Positions 49,901 through 61,940 of a stretch of 64,000 nt of DNA are shown here, in pieces. Numbering within the stretch: position 1 is the first letter of the stretch; each line of letters begins with the position of its first letter. The translations under genes and the position numbers were made by a program. The stretch is from Selaginella moellendorffii (Eukaryota; Plantae; Lycopodiophyta): positions 124,001 to 188,000 of the forward strand of contig NW_003314370.1 in the NCBI RefSeq assembly GCF_000143415.4, read 5' to 3'. The notes below the pieces were generated by a model. The model was not told the origin of the DNA. It worked only from the letters and a program-made list of their open reading frames with translations, and did not search any database.

Positions 49901-52097
49901 ATGGATGCTTCTGATATTAGTCTTGAAGGTCTGTTAATGCAAGAGAGCTCGAGTGTGCTTGGTCAGTGCCATCCCATTGCATATATAAACCGTACATTAC
50001 AACAAACGGAGGCAAACTACTCCACGACAGAGAAAGTGTAGCGGATCTTATCTTTCTCCCCTTAAGCCAATTGGAAAAGGGGTAATTGGTTAATGAGAGA
50101 GCCCTTAATGGCTATTTTATCTCCATTTATCCCCCAAGGTTTTAAGGATCCACAATGACAGTATATTCAAATCTCATCCCATGATCACCCACCCCCCTCC
50201 AAACTACTCAACGACAGAAAAAGTGTAGCGGATCTTATCTTTCTCCCCTTAAGCCAATTGGAAAAGGGGTAATTGGTTAATGAGAGAGCCCTTAGTGGCT
50301 ATTTTATCTCTATTTATCCCCCAAGGTTTTAAGGATCCACGATGACAGTATATTCAAATCTCATCCTATGATCACCCGTTCCCCCCCGCCCCCCCTAGAT
50401 GTCAATGTCCTCATTGACTAATGACTAACAACCCTATTGAGGCAAGGGGAACCAACACCTCCATTTCCGCATTGAATAGAACATTAACTATTGACTAACA
50501 ACCCTTACCGAGCCAAGGGGAACCAACATATTCAAATCTCATCCCATGATCACATACGCTACACTCACCCCCCCTTTTAATAAGGTTTGCGAGGCTCAAA
50601 AGATTGAGCTATGAATTCAAATACTTTGAGATGGATTTGAGAATCTTGTATCACTTGCTAATGACTTGTCAATCTGGCATTTACATTCTCAATATCACCT
50701 TTAACACAACCGTCTTTATTTTGTGAGATGGATCTTGATGATCATTTACGGTTGATAGTGCCTTCAATATTTATTTCACGGTTTCTTTATGTTTATTATG
50801 ATTCTCCTATTCTATGTGGGTATATAAAACATTGTTGTGTGACTAAGAAGCTACACAAGTCTTTCTATTGGCCAAAGATGTGACATGATATTATCTGGTA
50901 TGTGCATAACTATATTTGGTACCAATCTCATAATACTCCCCCTCGCGCTGCGGAAGGACAATTGGAGTCAATTGCAATTTCCCATCCGTTTGAGTTGGTG
51001 GCGTTTGATTTTATGGGACATTTTCCACGATCAATTATTGGCAATGAGTATGTTATTATTGCTTCTGACTACTTGACTCACTTGGTGGAAGTTGGTGCTT
51101 TTGCTAGCGCCTTTGCAACTACTGTTGGGTACTTCCTTCTCAATTGAGTAATGTTTTAACATTATTATCCAAAGTGGATTCTTTTAGATAATAATCTCGC
51201 ATTTATGGTTGAGGCTTGGGGATATGCCACACTTTCACAAGTGTTTATTATCCACAAATAAACGGTTTAGCAGAATGGTTCATTCGGATATTCAAAAGGA
51301 TGATTATGAAATACATGAACTTTTAACATTTGGATTGGGATGGTTATTTGCTATCTCTTCAGTATGCATATATCACAAGGGTGTAGAGTTCTGTTGGTGT
51401 TTCACCATATAAACTCTTATATTGTCATAATCCAATATTACCAACAGAGTTAGGTTTACCTTTGCAATTACCACGAGTTGCCGATGTTAAATTATGGATC
51501 AGTATTTGACGAGTAAGAGTTTGCCAAACACCTAAGCTATATACAAGTGGGACAACAACAATACTACAACTCCCATCATCATCCATCTATGGAGTACAAA
51601 GTGGTAAAGTTAGTGTTAGTCCGTTTTCCCCATCTTACTGTATGTGGTTTATTTAAAGGGCTTCTTGCTCAGTAGAAAGAATTATATCAGGTGTTACAGC
51701 AAGTTGAACTGCAAGTTTTATGAGGTTCAACATAACCTTTAGCAAGCCAATCCTCCAAAAATTATATATGTATAGCAATTGAAATTCTTTGTACAAAGAG
51801 ATCAAGAACAACTGATACCACTTATAAATTCACCAATGCCTCCTCTTAATATTCATCTAGATCCTGACCCATCTACAAAAGAACTCTAATGGTCTTCCAT
51901 TATTCCGAAAAGAGGGGATGATGTGAGGTCTAAATGTACAGCTACGATGCCATATACTAATATTAGCATAGTGGGATTTTTGTAACTGTGAGATTAGTTT
52001 TAATCTGGACTACTTGCTCGTGTGTATAAATTAGGATTTTTGGGCTAATTGATATGCACATTTTCTGTATTCCCTTTCCACATTCCATGCACTCATA
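46978..52097 (+). mobile_element. Full-length but dead Ty3/gypsy LTR retrotransposon
   Basis: LTRs 46978-47143 and 51922-52097 (TGTGAG...); 4-bp TSD GTTT; PPT aaaagaggggatga; decayed tRNA-Ala-type PBS; RT (FCINYRPLN...YPFP...KLDLASGY), RNase H (MDAS...NYSTTEK), then integrase (FYWPKM...PFELVAFDFMG); many stops. Confidence 0.9.
50037..50578 (-). mobile_element. Nested LTR fragment (TGTAGCG...CGCTACA) with PPT, inside the Ty3 RNase H
   Basis: 7-bp terminal inverted repeat at 50037 and 50563; ctcacccccccttttt-like tract at 50564-50578 reads as a PPT on the - strand; internal 187-bp tandem duplication. Confidence 0.7.
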
Positions 52098-52898
52098 GTT
52101 TATAATTATAAAATTTTATTTAATCAATTGAATTAATAAGTAAGAATAACACTACTATTAAGTAAACCAAGCATTGTTATATATAACACATAGCAAATTA
52201 TTAATTCAATTGATCAAATAAAAATTTATAATTATAAACATGTTTATAATTTATAAATAAAAGATTAATTTTATTGTATATCAACCATTAGATGGTAGAA
52301 TAAAAAAGAATATATTAAAAAGTGTTTAAGAAAGTTTATAAATTATAAATATATTTATAAATAATGTTTGGTTTGCTTTATAGTAATATTATTCTTACTT
52401 GTTAATCCAATTGATCAAATAAAAGTTTATAATTATAAATATGTTTATAATTTATAAACACAAGATTAAGCTTATTGCATATCAACCATTAACTGGTAGA
52501 ATAAAAAATAATATACTAGAAAGTGTTTAAGAAAATTTATAAATTATAAAGATGTTTATAACTTTTAAATAGAAAACTAATCTAAATGAATAACAACTGT
52601 TAAATGGTAAAATATTCTAAAATATTCAAATATATTCTAGATATATATCTACTACCATCCTATAGGTATGCTTAAGCAAACCAATATTATAAATATAAGA
52701 TTAATCTAAATGAATAATAATAGTTAGATGGTAGAATATTTTAGAATATTCAAATATATTTTAAATATATTCACTCTTACAAGTTTGCTTCAGCAAATAA
52801 AAAATTAGATTAAATATAAAAGAAATTGCAAACAAAAACTTATATACAAAAGCATATTTCTCTAAAGCACTCAGAACGAGGTTTAGGGTTTATGTGCA

Positions 52899-54158
52899 AT
52901 GCGGGGATGCGTTCTTCTCAGGTACTCCGACGCCAATGCGCACAAGAGGATCTCTCTCCAGCGCCGCTGGACGAGCAGGGCCACCAGGATCGTCACCGTC
53001 ATGGCGCCAGCGCCGCCGGGGGTGCTGATGCCCCGGCCGCGATTCAACCAGTACCTTGACGGGATCGTGAGGCGCGAGGCCAAACTCCGATTTGCCGATC
53101 GGATGAAGAACACGCTGCTGTCGCAGCCAGATTGGACCGCGCTGGCGATGGATATCCAGAAGAACCGCGGCGATTACCTGGGGAAGCTCAGGGTCACGCA
53201 CTTCGTGAGGAATTTCCCCTACGTTTTTGAGTTCGCGCACGGCGAGGATCGATCGAAGTGGCTCCGCTTCACGGGCGCTGCCAAGAAGCTGATGAAGGCG
53301 CATCAATCGTTCAAGGAGAGGAAGCAGAGGTCCGAGGCGGTGGAATCCGTGACAAAGCTGCTCATGCTGGCGAAGAACAGGAGGATTCCAGTGCTGGAGC
53401 TGGCGAAGATGGCGAAGTACTTTGGATTTCCAGCCGACTACGAGACCAAGATCTTCTACAGCAATCCAACGTACTTCCGCCCCGTGGAGACGAAGAGAGC
53501 TCGCTGCCTGGAGCTCTCGCAGTGGTATCCAGAGCTCGCGGTCACTGCTCGAGAGAGGTGGATCGCCGAGGCTGGGATAAAAAATCCTTACGAGTTTCCA
53601 GTACCAGTGGAAGTTGACGGTGGCAAAGTCGATCGAGAGGAGATCAAGGCCTACTTCGATGCTCTCCAGGAAGCGCCGTTTCCATCACCTTACGACGACG
53701 CTGTAGACGTGGTGCCCGGCTCGGCCAGCGAGAGGAAGCGGACGCTGGCAACTTATCACGAGATTCTCAGCCTGACCATCGAGAAGCGGATTTTGCTCCA
53801 CACTTTCCATGGTTTGGGAGAGTACTTGGGGCTGCCCGAGGGTCATCTCGAGTACTTTCGCAGCAACGAGCCTATCTTCTACGTCTCTCACGCCGGCTCG
53901 CGTCCGTGGGTGTTTCTCCGGGAGAGTTACGACACGGGGCCGAGGGAGAGACACCCGCTGCTGGTTTTCAAGGAGCGTTTCTTCGCGATGTGCATGTGTG
54001 TCAAGGAAGAGAAGTTCAACCAGATCCATCAGAGGAAGGGAGCTGCGGAATACGACACGGACGATTCGGACATAGAACTGTTGGGTGATGAAGACAACGG
54101 GCCACGCCGGCCGGTTCCTCTTGACGACTTCGACGTTGATGGCTGGTGCATGGCTTGA
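52899..54158 (+). CDS. PORR (plant organellar RNA recognition) domain protein, RPD1/WTF-like
   Basis: Intronless 419-aa ORF; F.R.FP.VFE; KLLMLA..RR.P....FGFP.DY; LEL..W.PELAV; PFPSPY; E.KR.LA.YHE.LSLT.EKR; IFYVS; VFLRESY. Confidence 0.88.
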   Translation: MRGCVLLRYSDANAHKRISLQRRWTSRATRIVTVMAPAPPGVLMPRPRFNQYLDGIVRREAKLRFADRMKNTLLSQPDWTALAMDIQKNRGDYLGKLRVTHFVRNFPYVFEFAHGEDRSKWLRFTGAAKKLMKAHQSFKERKQRSEAVESVTKLLMLAKNRRIPVLELAKMAKYFGFPADYETKIFYSNPTYFRPVETKRARCLELSQWYPELAVTARERWIAEAGIKNPYEFPVPVEVDGGKVDREEIKAYFDALQEAPFPSPYDDAVDVVPGSASERKRTLATYHEILSLTIEKRILLHTFHGLGEYLGLPEGHLEYFRSNEPIFYVSHAGSRPWVFLRESYDTGPRERHPLLVFKERFFAMCMCVKEEKFNQIHQRKGAAEYDTDDSDIELLGDEDNGPRRPVPLDDFDVDGWCMA

Positions 54159-54652
54159 TGCAATCGAAGTAAGGTCCATTACACTTTTGATTTTTCAGAA
54201 GCTGACGTGTGTATTCGTTGTACCCTGAAGACGGCGAATGCGATACTTTGTCTTCTTAGAATCGGGAATTTCGAGTACGAAGCTTCAACCGCCACTATCC
54301 AACTGACGTTGGCGCACAATGAAATCATATACACTCCGATCGGGGATTGTTTCTGCACCTTCGGCCGCCAGAGATTCTAGTCGATAATGGCCGAGAAGGA
54401 ATCTGCTGTACCACAACAAAGGTTTGACTATCGTTTGAGTTTTTCTTCCTATTTGCTGCTTTTGACTAAATCAGAGGATGTTGTGGCATGGAGATGCCAC
54501 CACTTCCAAATTTGAGGTAAGGCTGTCGTCATAAGCTCCTCGCCTAAGTTTGGATTTTTGTTAGTGGTCAGCGAGTATAAAAACCAAGCACGGCACTGTA
54601 AAGGCGCGTTTCTTCTTTCCCATTTTTAGTGTCCCATCTCTGAGGGCCGCAA

Positions 54653-57385
54653 ATGAAGTTTCAGAAGCACCTCGAATGGCATCGAGTTCCAGATTGGCGC
54701 GATTCATATTTCAACTACAAGCAGCTCAAGAAAGATCTAAAGAAAGTCAAGCACGATCATCAAGCTGCCACGAGGGTAAAGATTGATGTTGATACAGTAA
54801 ACAGGATTCAAGAGCTAGGGAGCCTGTTTGGAGAGTCGTGGCGTTCTCCTAGTCAGGGCTCGAGGCTGAGGAGTTTATTTGGAAACTCATCGGTTGCCGA
54901 CGGCTGGGTCGAAGAAAGCAACGATTTCATGGTAATTTATTTACTCGTTCTTTTGTTTCTGAGATTGTAATTCTTGTTCCAGGTAGTACACAAGAAAAGC
55001 CTTCGGACTTATGTGCAGGACGAGGTTGTGTACGAGACTGAGCTGCGTGGACCTTCCTCCGATGCGGAATATGTGAGACTGTTTTTTGCGAAGCTGGACT
55101 CTCAACTCAACAACATTAACTATTTCTACAAGCATAAAGAGAACGAGTATGTCTCTCATGCTCGACAGCTACAAAGTCAGCTTGAGCTTCTCTTTGAAAA
55201 TCAGGGATCCTCCAAAGGTTACGTCTTTCAGGTGCTTTTTATGGGTTTGACGTGGACTTTACATCCTTCAGATGGCGGTGAGGCCTTTGCGGGAACAAAT
55301 CCTGCTCAGGCGGCGAAGCTTTTGCGAGCTGGATTTATCGAGTTTTATAGAAGCCTTGGCCATCTCAAGAATTATTGCGCACTAAACAGAATGGCTTTCG
55401 GCAAAATTCTGAAAAAACACGATAAGGTTATTATGCCAAAGTCTTCTTCGTTGTGCCTGAATTGCGTTTGGTCTTTGTTTTTTCCAGGTTACAGGCAAAT
55501 GTGCGTCAGAAACATATCTGCGAGCTGTTAATATGTCGCATTTCTCAACTTCTGATAAGGTGTGGAAATTATAAGTTATAACTGGTGTAACTCACGCAAT
55601 TGTGTTCATGGTTGCAGATACTCCGAATGATGGAACAAGTGATGTCCATGTTTACAGACTATTTTCTAAAAGGAAATCGAAGGAAGGCTTTAGCCTGTAT
55701 GCAACCGATGAGGCAACCATCCTCGAATCTAAACTTCGTTCTTGGTTGGAAAGCTGCATATATACAGTGGCTATTGTTTCTCACCTGTCAAACTTTTCCA
55801 GGGCTATTCACGGGCTGTTCTTGCAGCCTTATCGTCACGTTCGTTCTACTCCTGACACTACCACACAACCACAAGTTTCCTAGCGTCCAAATTGCCTTCC
55901 CAATGTTCAGGTAGCTTTGCAACGTTTACATGCTGATACACTCCGTTTGTTCTACTTGGCAGCACACTTGTATTGTTCTTGCTACACATGTATGTGTATG
56001 CTTGCAACATCTACATTTGGAGAAAATCCAGGATCAACTATGCATATATTTTCGAGTTTGAACCTCGGTCGCAGCTTAAATATCAAGACGTGCTGCTTCT
56101 GAGCACGTTGATCACAATGCTTTTGATTGCGGCCATGGTTTTTTATCTTGTTCTGTATACGATCCCCACTACGTCAGACAAGTTTCGTGAGTTTGTTCCG
56201 CTCGGAGCTCTTTTGGTAAGAACTATTCCGTCTTTGCCTTCACTAATCTGGTTCGCTCCATAAGCAGGTGTGGATCGGAGTTCTCGTTCTTCCTTTCAAT
56301 GTCTTTTACAAACCGGCAAGGTCGGGTCTTTTCTATTCTCTCTTGCGGATCATGTTTGCACCTCTATTCAAGGTTCGACTTGTCCAATGATAAATTCCAG
56401 TCTCTTAACTAGTGGATGGGGAATTTCAGGTTGAGCTTGCGGATTTCTTCCTTGCGGACCAACTTACAAGCCAGGTGTGCGACTCTGCTCATCGAAAACA
56501 TAACCGCTTGCCTTTCTTTGTAGGTCACTGCTCTAAAGAACCTCGGGTTTACTCTCTGCTACTACGGTGGAAACAACTACGAATCCAGCAATGGAGAGTC
56601 TTGCACCTCCAAGTTTGCGCTGCAGTACCCTCTCGTGCTGATAGCATACTGGTGGCGTCTTATGCAGGTAATCTTCCCCGTCTTTAAAAGAAAGTGAGCG
56701 CTCTCAAAGTTCTCGATTTCAGAGCTTGAGAAGATGGGTGGACCTGCGGGATCCCGTTCATCTTGCAAACGCCGGCAAGTACCTGAGCGCTATGGTTGCG
56801 ATGGTTATTAAAATCACGTACAAGTGGAGTGGAACAGCGGCATGGAAATCCATGTTTGTGCTGTCTTCGCTCTGTGCTACTGCTTATCAGCTCTACTGGG
56901 ACCTTGTCATGGACTGGGGGCTTTTACAAAAAAAGGCATCGAACCGGTGGCTTCGGGACAAGCTCATGTTTGAGCGCAAGTCACTCTACTACAGTTGCAT
57001 GGTAAGAATTTTTCGTTGTTGTGATCTTAGCTTTAACTGTGGTTTTGCACACACAGCTTATAAACACATTGCTCAGGTTGCTGTGGTTATTCTCGCTATT
57101 CCACCTGGAGTTGGGTGCGACTAAAAGCTTCGGTTTGGAATTCATCTTGGCAGCCTTTGAGATTTGTAGGCGGGGAATGTGGAACGTATTCCGGTAAGTA
57201 TTTTATTAACTTATTTGAGTTTACTTATTTGATTTCTCTGTGATCAAAGCTTGGAGAACGAGCATGTGAACAACGTGGGTAAATACCGAGCAATCAAAGT
57301 AGTTCCACTGCCATTTGAAGAAAAGGACTACGCATATGTTAGTAGCCCCGAAACGAGCTCCGCGAGAGTGGTGAAAGACGCATAG
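54653..57385 (+). CDS. PHO1: Phosphate exporter PHO1 family (SPX + EXS), multi-exon
   Basis: MKF.K.L...[13 protein letters not shown]; [13 protein letters not shown]; [11 protein letters not shown]; NAGKYLSAM; [13 protein letters not shown]; [22 protein letters not shown]; TATA box at about 54575. Confidence 0.92.
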
Positions 57386-57398
57386 CTTAGAAGCTTGA

Positions 57399-58025
57399 TG
57401 CAATTTCCAAGCTCGCCTTTGAGTTGTATAAGTCTCAAATCCCCGTTCACAACCATCTTCTCTAGCAGTAGGAAAGAAGAAAACCATGTTTCTTGCTCTA
57501 CTCTAGGAAAACGAAGCTCCAGAAACTTTTCGACTGTCATTGTGCTGGGGGGGTGCAACTGGAACTTTCACGCTCTATCAAATTTAAGATCCGAGGCCGA
57601 AGAGAAGTCTCTATCCATCAGCCATTAGGAAGCAAAAATTCGAAGTTTTGGCACTTACAGTTCCAGCAGCTACGGCTTCTCCGTGCAGCCAACCTCCGTA
57701 GCCAATTCCTGTTTCTATAGCCTAGAAGCATCGACTGGAAAAGAAAAAGAAAATTTAGGGAGAGAGAGCTTACATGTCCAAACATATGCCCAAGATTTAG
57801 CTTCCTTCCCGTCAAGCGATACAACCTCTGCCTTGTTCTCACAAGAACGCTTGATGGCATAAGCAAGAGCATCCGGGTCCCTGATAATTTGAATGTCACG
57901 AACGAGCGAGCCAATCGAAAACAAAGTCACCTGGAAGTGTGCTAATCCGTGTCGATAAGCTGGTAAAATGCACCAAAGGGATGATTCACACTGACTGGTC
58001 TTCCAAACTGGGAAAAAGGATCGTT
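57399..58025 (-). pseudogene. Degenerate copy of the 3' half of DHQ synthase
   Basis: [45 protein letters not shown]; deletions and frameshifts relative to 62006-62880. Confidence 0.85.
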
Positions 58026-58732
58026 CCACAAACTGTTCAACTATTTGGTACTTCCAACGTTCATCGATGAACGTGAAGTTGTCAGGAGTCGGCCAGCATC
58101 CTAGGCGCTATACATCGTCATAATGCAATTGCTAACTATCAAGTGTGAGTGGTAGCCACACAAGATAGAGCAAGCATTGAGGATAGTGGCCTTGTCCAGT
58201 GTGTCCTCTAATGGTAAAATTTGTTTTCTTTTTTAATTCTGTGCAAAACCTTTTTTGTGTATTTTAAATAATATATATTATGATAACAATTGGTTTATTA
58301 AGAAAATATTTGCCAAAACTTAATATTAATAGAAAATATTAATAGCACAACCAAAAAAGTTTTTGATCATTTTTTTGACAGACAAAATGTTTAGTTTTTC
58401 TCTCACACATTAGCTTAAAATCATAAAATCTTAAGAAAAAAGTTATATTAATCTATTGTCCAGTAATTGAGCATTAGTTTATAAATTATAAATAAGATTA
58501 GAATAAGCTAGAAGGGATTTGAAAAAGTTTATAAATTATAATATATATGGAGTTTGTTCTTATACAAGAGCATAGAGTTCTTGTGCACGAGCGAAAAGTT
58601 ATTGAAAGCAAGTGAGAGATAGCACGTAAGAAAAACTCTTTAGAACCACTAGGTACTGCATATAGAAAGAATTGGGGACTACTTGCTACATGCTACATTA
58701 TCTACTATTAGCTATATATATCGTCTTAATCA

Positions 58733-59289
58733 GGGGCGGCTGCTACAGGCTCTTCAAAAAGTTGACGCATGGGCATGACTACGTGTTTGATGATATTTAC
58801 AAGCTGGATCTGAGGCGTGGAGTGTGGGACAAGATGCACCTGAGCCGTGAATCTGCCCGCAAATTCGAGTTCGGGACAGAACAAAAGGTGGTGGAATGGC
58901 GAGGCAAGACCCTCATGTACAGCCTTAAGGTGTTTGACCAGGAAGAAGAGCTACGAGAGGGCAGGGGATTCGACACTCCAAGACTGTATGAGCTACTGGC
59001 TGATAAGGGAAAGGTGGTGGAGCTTCTGACGCGGCTAGACGCAGCCAACATCCTGAGCCCTGAGTTGCCCGAGGTGGTGTCTGATGACTATGACCTCTTT
59101 TGGATAACTGGAGACAGAAATGTGTTCAAGTATTCGGTGGCCGATTTGTCCTTCAACAAGCTGGTACAGGGCTCTGATGCTGCGCCGAATTTATACCTCC
59201 CGGGAGCTTACTTCTATATTCCTGACGGCGGGGAGGCCTTGTCTCGCAACATTTTGTCACATTTGCCTGATGTACCACATGATTATTAG
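58733..59289 (+). pseudogene. Isolated exon resembling a Kelch/beta-propeller protein
   Basis: Open frame after ttaatcag acceptor; GG...VFDDIYKLDL...W.K; no 5' exon evident; lies between the repeat copies. Confidence 0.4.
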
Positions 59290-59357
59290 AGCATTGTGTC
59301 GTAGTGTCACCCGGAGGTGCAGTTCATTTTCTCATTCGTGGAAATACACTTCCCATT

Positions 59358-59590
59358 CGGGTCCCTGATAATTTGAATGTCACGAACGAGCGAGCCAATC
59401 GAAAAAAAAGTCACCTGGCCAACGGCTTGTACTCGAAAAACTTCGCATCTCTGAACAAACCATATTTGACGACTTCCGCAATCCCAGAACAGAGCTCTAA
59501 CTGGAACTGTGCTAATCCATGTCAATAAGCTGGTAAAATGCACCAATGAGGCTTTTGCCAAGGGATGATTCACACTGTCTCGTCTGGGAA
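59358..59590 (-). pseudogene. Second DHQS fragment
   Basis: Matches 62580-62880 (gccaatcgaaaa...aagtcacctggccaac...ctcgaaaaacttcgc...tggtaaaatgcaccaatgag). Confidence 0.8.
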
Positions 59591-60883
59591 GAAGAAACGT
59601 TCCATAAACTGTTCTAGAAAACAACTATTTGGTACTTCCAATGTTCATCGGTGAACGTGAACTTGTCAGGAGTCGGCCAGCATCCTAGGTGCTATACATC
59701 GTCATGATGCAATTGCTGACGATCAAGTGTGAGTGGTAGCCACACTGAAGAATGCACTCGAAGCTCACCAAAAGATAAAGAGTATCAAGCGTTGAGGGTG
59801 ACCACGTCCAGAGTAATCCTAACCATCCAATCTGTTAAAAAAAAATTTCTGTTTTACAAAACCTTGTTTGTGTATTTTAAATAATATGTTATTATAACAA
59901 TCAGTTTATTAAGAGAATATTTGCCAAAACTTAATAAAAATATTAATAGCACCACGAAAGAAAGTTTTGGATCATCTTTTTTGACAGACAAAATGTTTAG
60001 TCTTTATCTTACACATTAGCTTAAAATCATAACATCTTAAGAAACAAGTTATACAATCAAACTTTGGCCTTAAATTGGTGCTATTGTCCAGTAATTGAGC
60101 ATTAAACTATAAATAAGATTAGAATGAGCTAGAATATACACCAACATTCTTTAGTTCTTGTGCATGAGCAAAATATTGTTGAAAGCAAGTGAGAGACAGC
60201 ACACAAGAAAGACTCTTTAGAACCAGTAGGTACTATGTATAAAGAACTGGCGACTGCCTGCTACATGCTACATTATCTACTATTAGCACTCCCACTTGCA
60301 ATCAGGCATCTGATCAAAGCCTGAATCATGCCTAGATGATGAAGCATGAGAAACTTATATGAGAAAAGCATATGAGAAGCTCATCAAGCAACTTCCTTTA
60401 GGTCTTTGGGTTGCTTGCACACACTCCTTGCTCACTTGCTATGATGAATCTTGCCACTAGGATCACCAATCGATTCGTGCAAACGCCCTTGAGGTCCATG
60501 CTCTAGAAGAGGCAAATCTACATGGTCTTGGCCATAGATGTGCCACCTCCTACACCTGCTACTGGCCACAAGCATCTTGCCCTCTTGCTGGGAATTCCTG
60601 TTTGCTATGTATGATCTTGACGAAATCTCCCATTGGCTTCATACTTCTCTGCTGCTTGTTGTTACTTCTCTACTGCTTGACTTGTTGCTCAGCACCTTTG
60701 GACAACCTTGCCTCTGGACCTAGCACCCTCTTTGCAGTATCCAATCCAATCGCCAAGGTAACTTATCCTCCTCTTCCTCACAAGTAAGTGTCATCGTCTT
60801 ATCCAATACGATGAAAGCAATGTAGAGACATGCACCATAAGGATATATGAACCATAAAATTACTACCACGTGGAAATAACTAC

Positions 60884-61225
60884 TTAGCTGCACTCTGATT
60901 TTCGTTTTTTGCTTGGCCAACCACCACTCGAATGCCCTTGTATCCCAAGAGGAGGCAAATGCAGAAGCACAAACTTGTGGTAAGCATCAATATTCCACAA
61001 TTGAAGCTCCTCTTGCTTCTTTCCGCCATCGTGAATACCAGCGAGGTATCCTGTGCAAAATGTGTTAAAAACATAACTAGAAAAAAGAAGAAGATAAAAG
61101 CTAGAAGCAATACCTGGAAAAGTAGATGGAATAATAGGACCTCCACTAGAGTCGAAATCTTGAAGATCAACTTTGATCCACGTGAATACCACTGTTGTGC
61201 TATCTATCTGCCATACCTCTCCCAC
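60884..61225 (-). pseudogene. Trypsin-like serine peptidase fragment
   Basis: Removing a 63-nt GT-AG intron gives DSSGGPIIPSTFPGYLAGIHDGG, similar to GxSGGP...G.L.GIH.GG. Confidence 0.35.
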
Positions 61226-61728
61226 AACTCATGGTCTGCAACACCCTCCACGAGGTCTTCATGTGCATTCTTCAGGAAACGATCCAGTCCCGGATAGGAG
61301 AAAGTAGCAACAAAAGGTTCCAGAGTGGAGACTTGGAAATAGGTGAGCATGGCAGGAGAAAGAAACCCTTCGTGTCTGCCTCAACAGCTTCCAGATCTGC
61401 AACGTTTGTGTTAGAGATGACAAAGGGTGGTGTACAGCAAGAGAAGCCTTCATCCTCAAAAAACGGTGGGGAAACAAAAGTCCCACAGACGGACTCAATA
61501 TCCTGCTTGTCAAAACAGTGCCCAGCACTGAATGCATCTGCCGAGCTGGCTTTAGTCCTCCCGAGGAGCTCGACTTCACAGCCATCGAGAGGGGGCGAAA
61601 CGGAAAAACGTGTGAGGGTAGCAGATCCCAGAAAACCGATTGGAGAACAATGTCGATCCCTTAAACTCTACATGCTACACACATTTTAGTTTTTTTTAAC
61701 TTGGCTACTTTTTGGTTTTTTTATTCCA

Positions 61729-61860
61729 GAGAACGAGCATGTGAACAACATGGGTAAATAGCGAGCCATCAAAGTTGTTTCACTGCCATTTGAAGAAAAG
61801 GATTGGTAGCCCCGAAAGGAGCTCCGCGAGAGTGGTCAAAGACGCGTGGGTTAGAAGCTT
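61729..61860 (+). pseudogene. Degenerate copy of the PHO1 last exon
   Basis: gagaacgagcatgtgaacaacatgggtaaatag... matches 57254-57397 with a premature stop and a deletion. Confidence 0.85.
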
Positions 61861-61940
61861 GAACGAGTTTCTCCACGGGGACAATAGCAGCAAAATTTGC
61901 GTGTATAACAAACATACGATGTGTGGCCCTTCGAAGTAAT

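Larger units (their letters stand above)
46730..52800. mobile_element. AT-rich foldback/MITE-like element with long inverted arms, split by the Ty3 insertion
   Basis: Left arm 46730-46977 resumes at 52098; inverted copies at about 52205-52685 end ...gcttaagcaaaccaa, with a further partial copy to about 52800. Confidence 0.65.
57874..60287 (+). repeat. Direct repeat pair 57874-58712 and 59358-60287
   Basis: Both begin cgggtccctgataatttgaatgtcacgaacgagcg and end ctacatgctacattatctactattagc. Confidence 0.85.

Noticed and set aside
54387-54520. Possible spliced uORF upstream of PHO1
   Set aside because: A TATA box at about 54575 lies downstream of it, so it is probably outside the PHO1 transcript.
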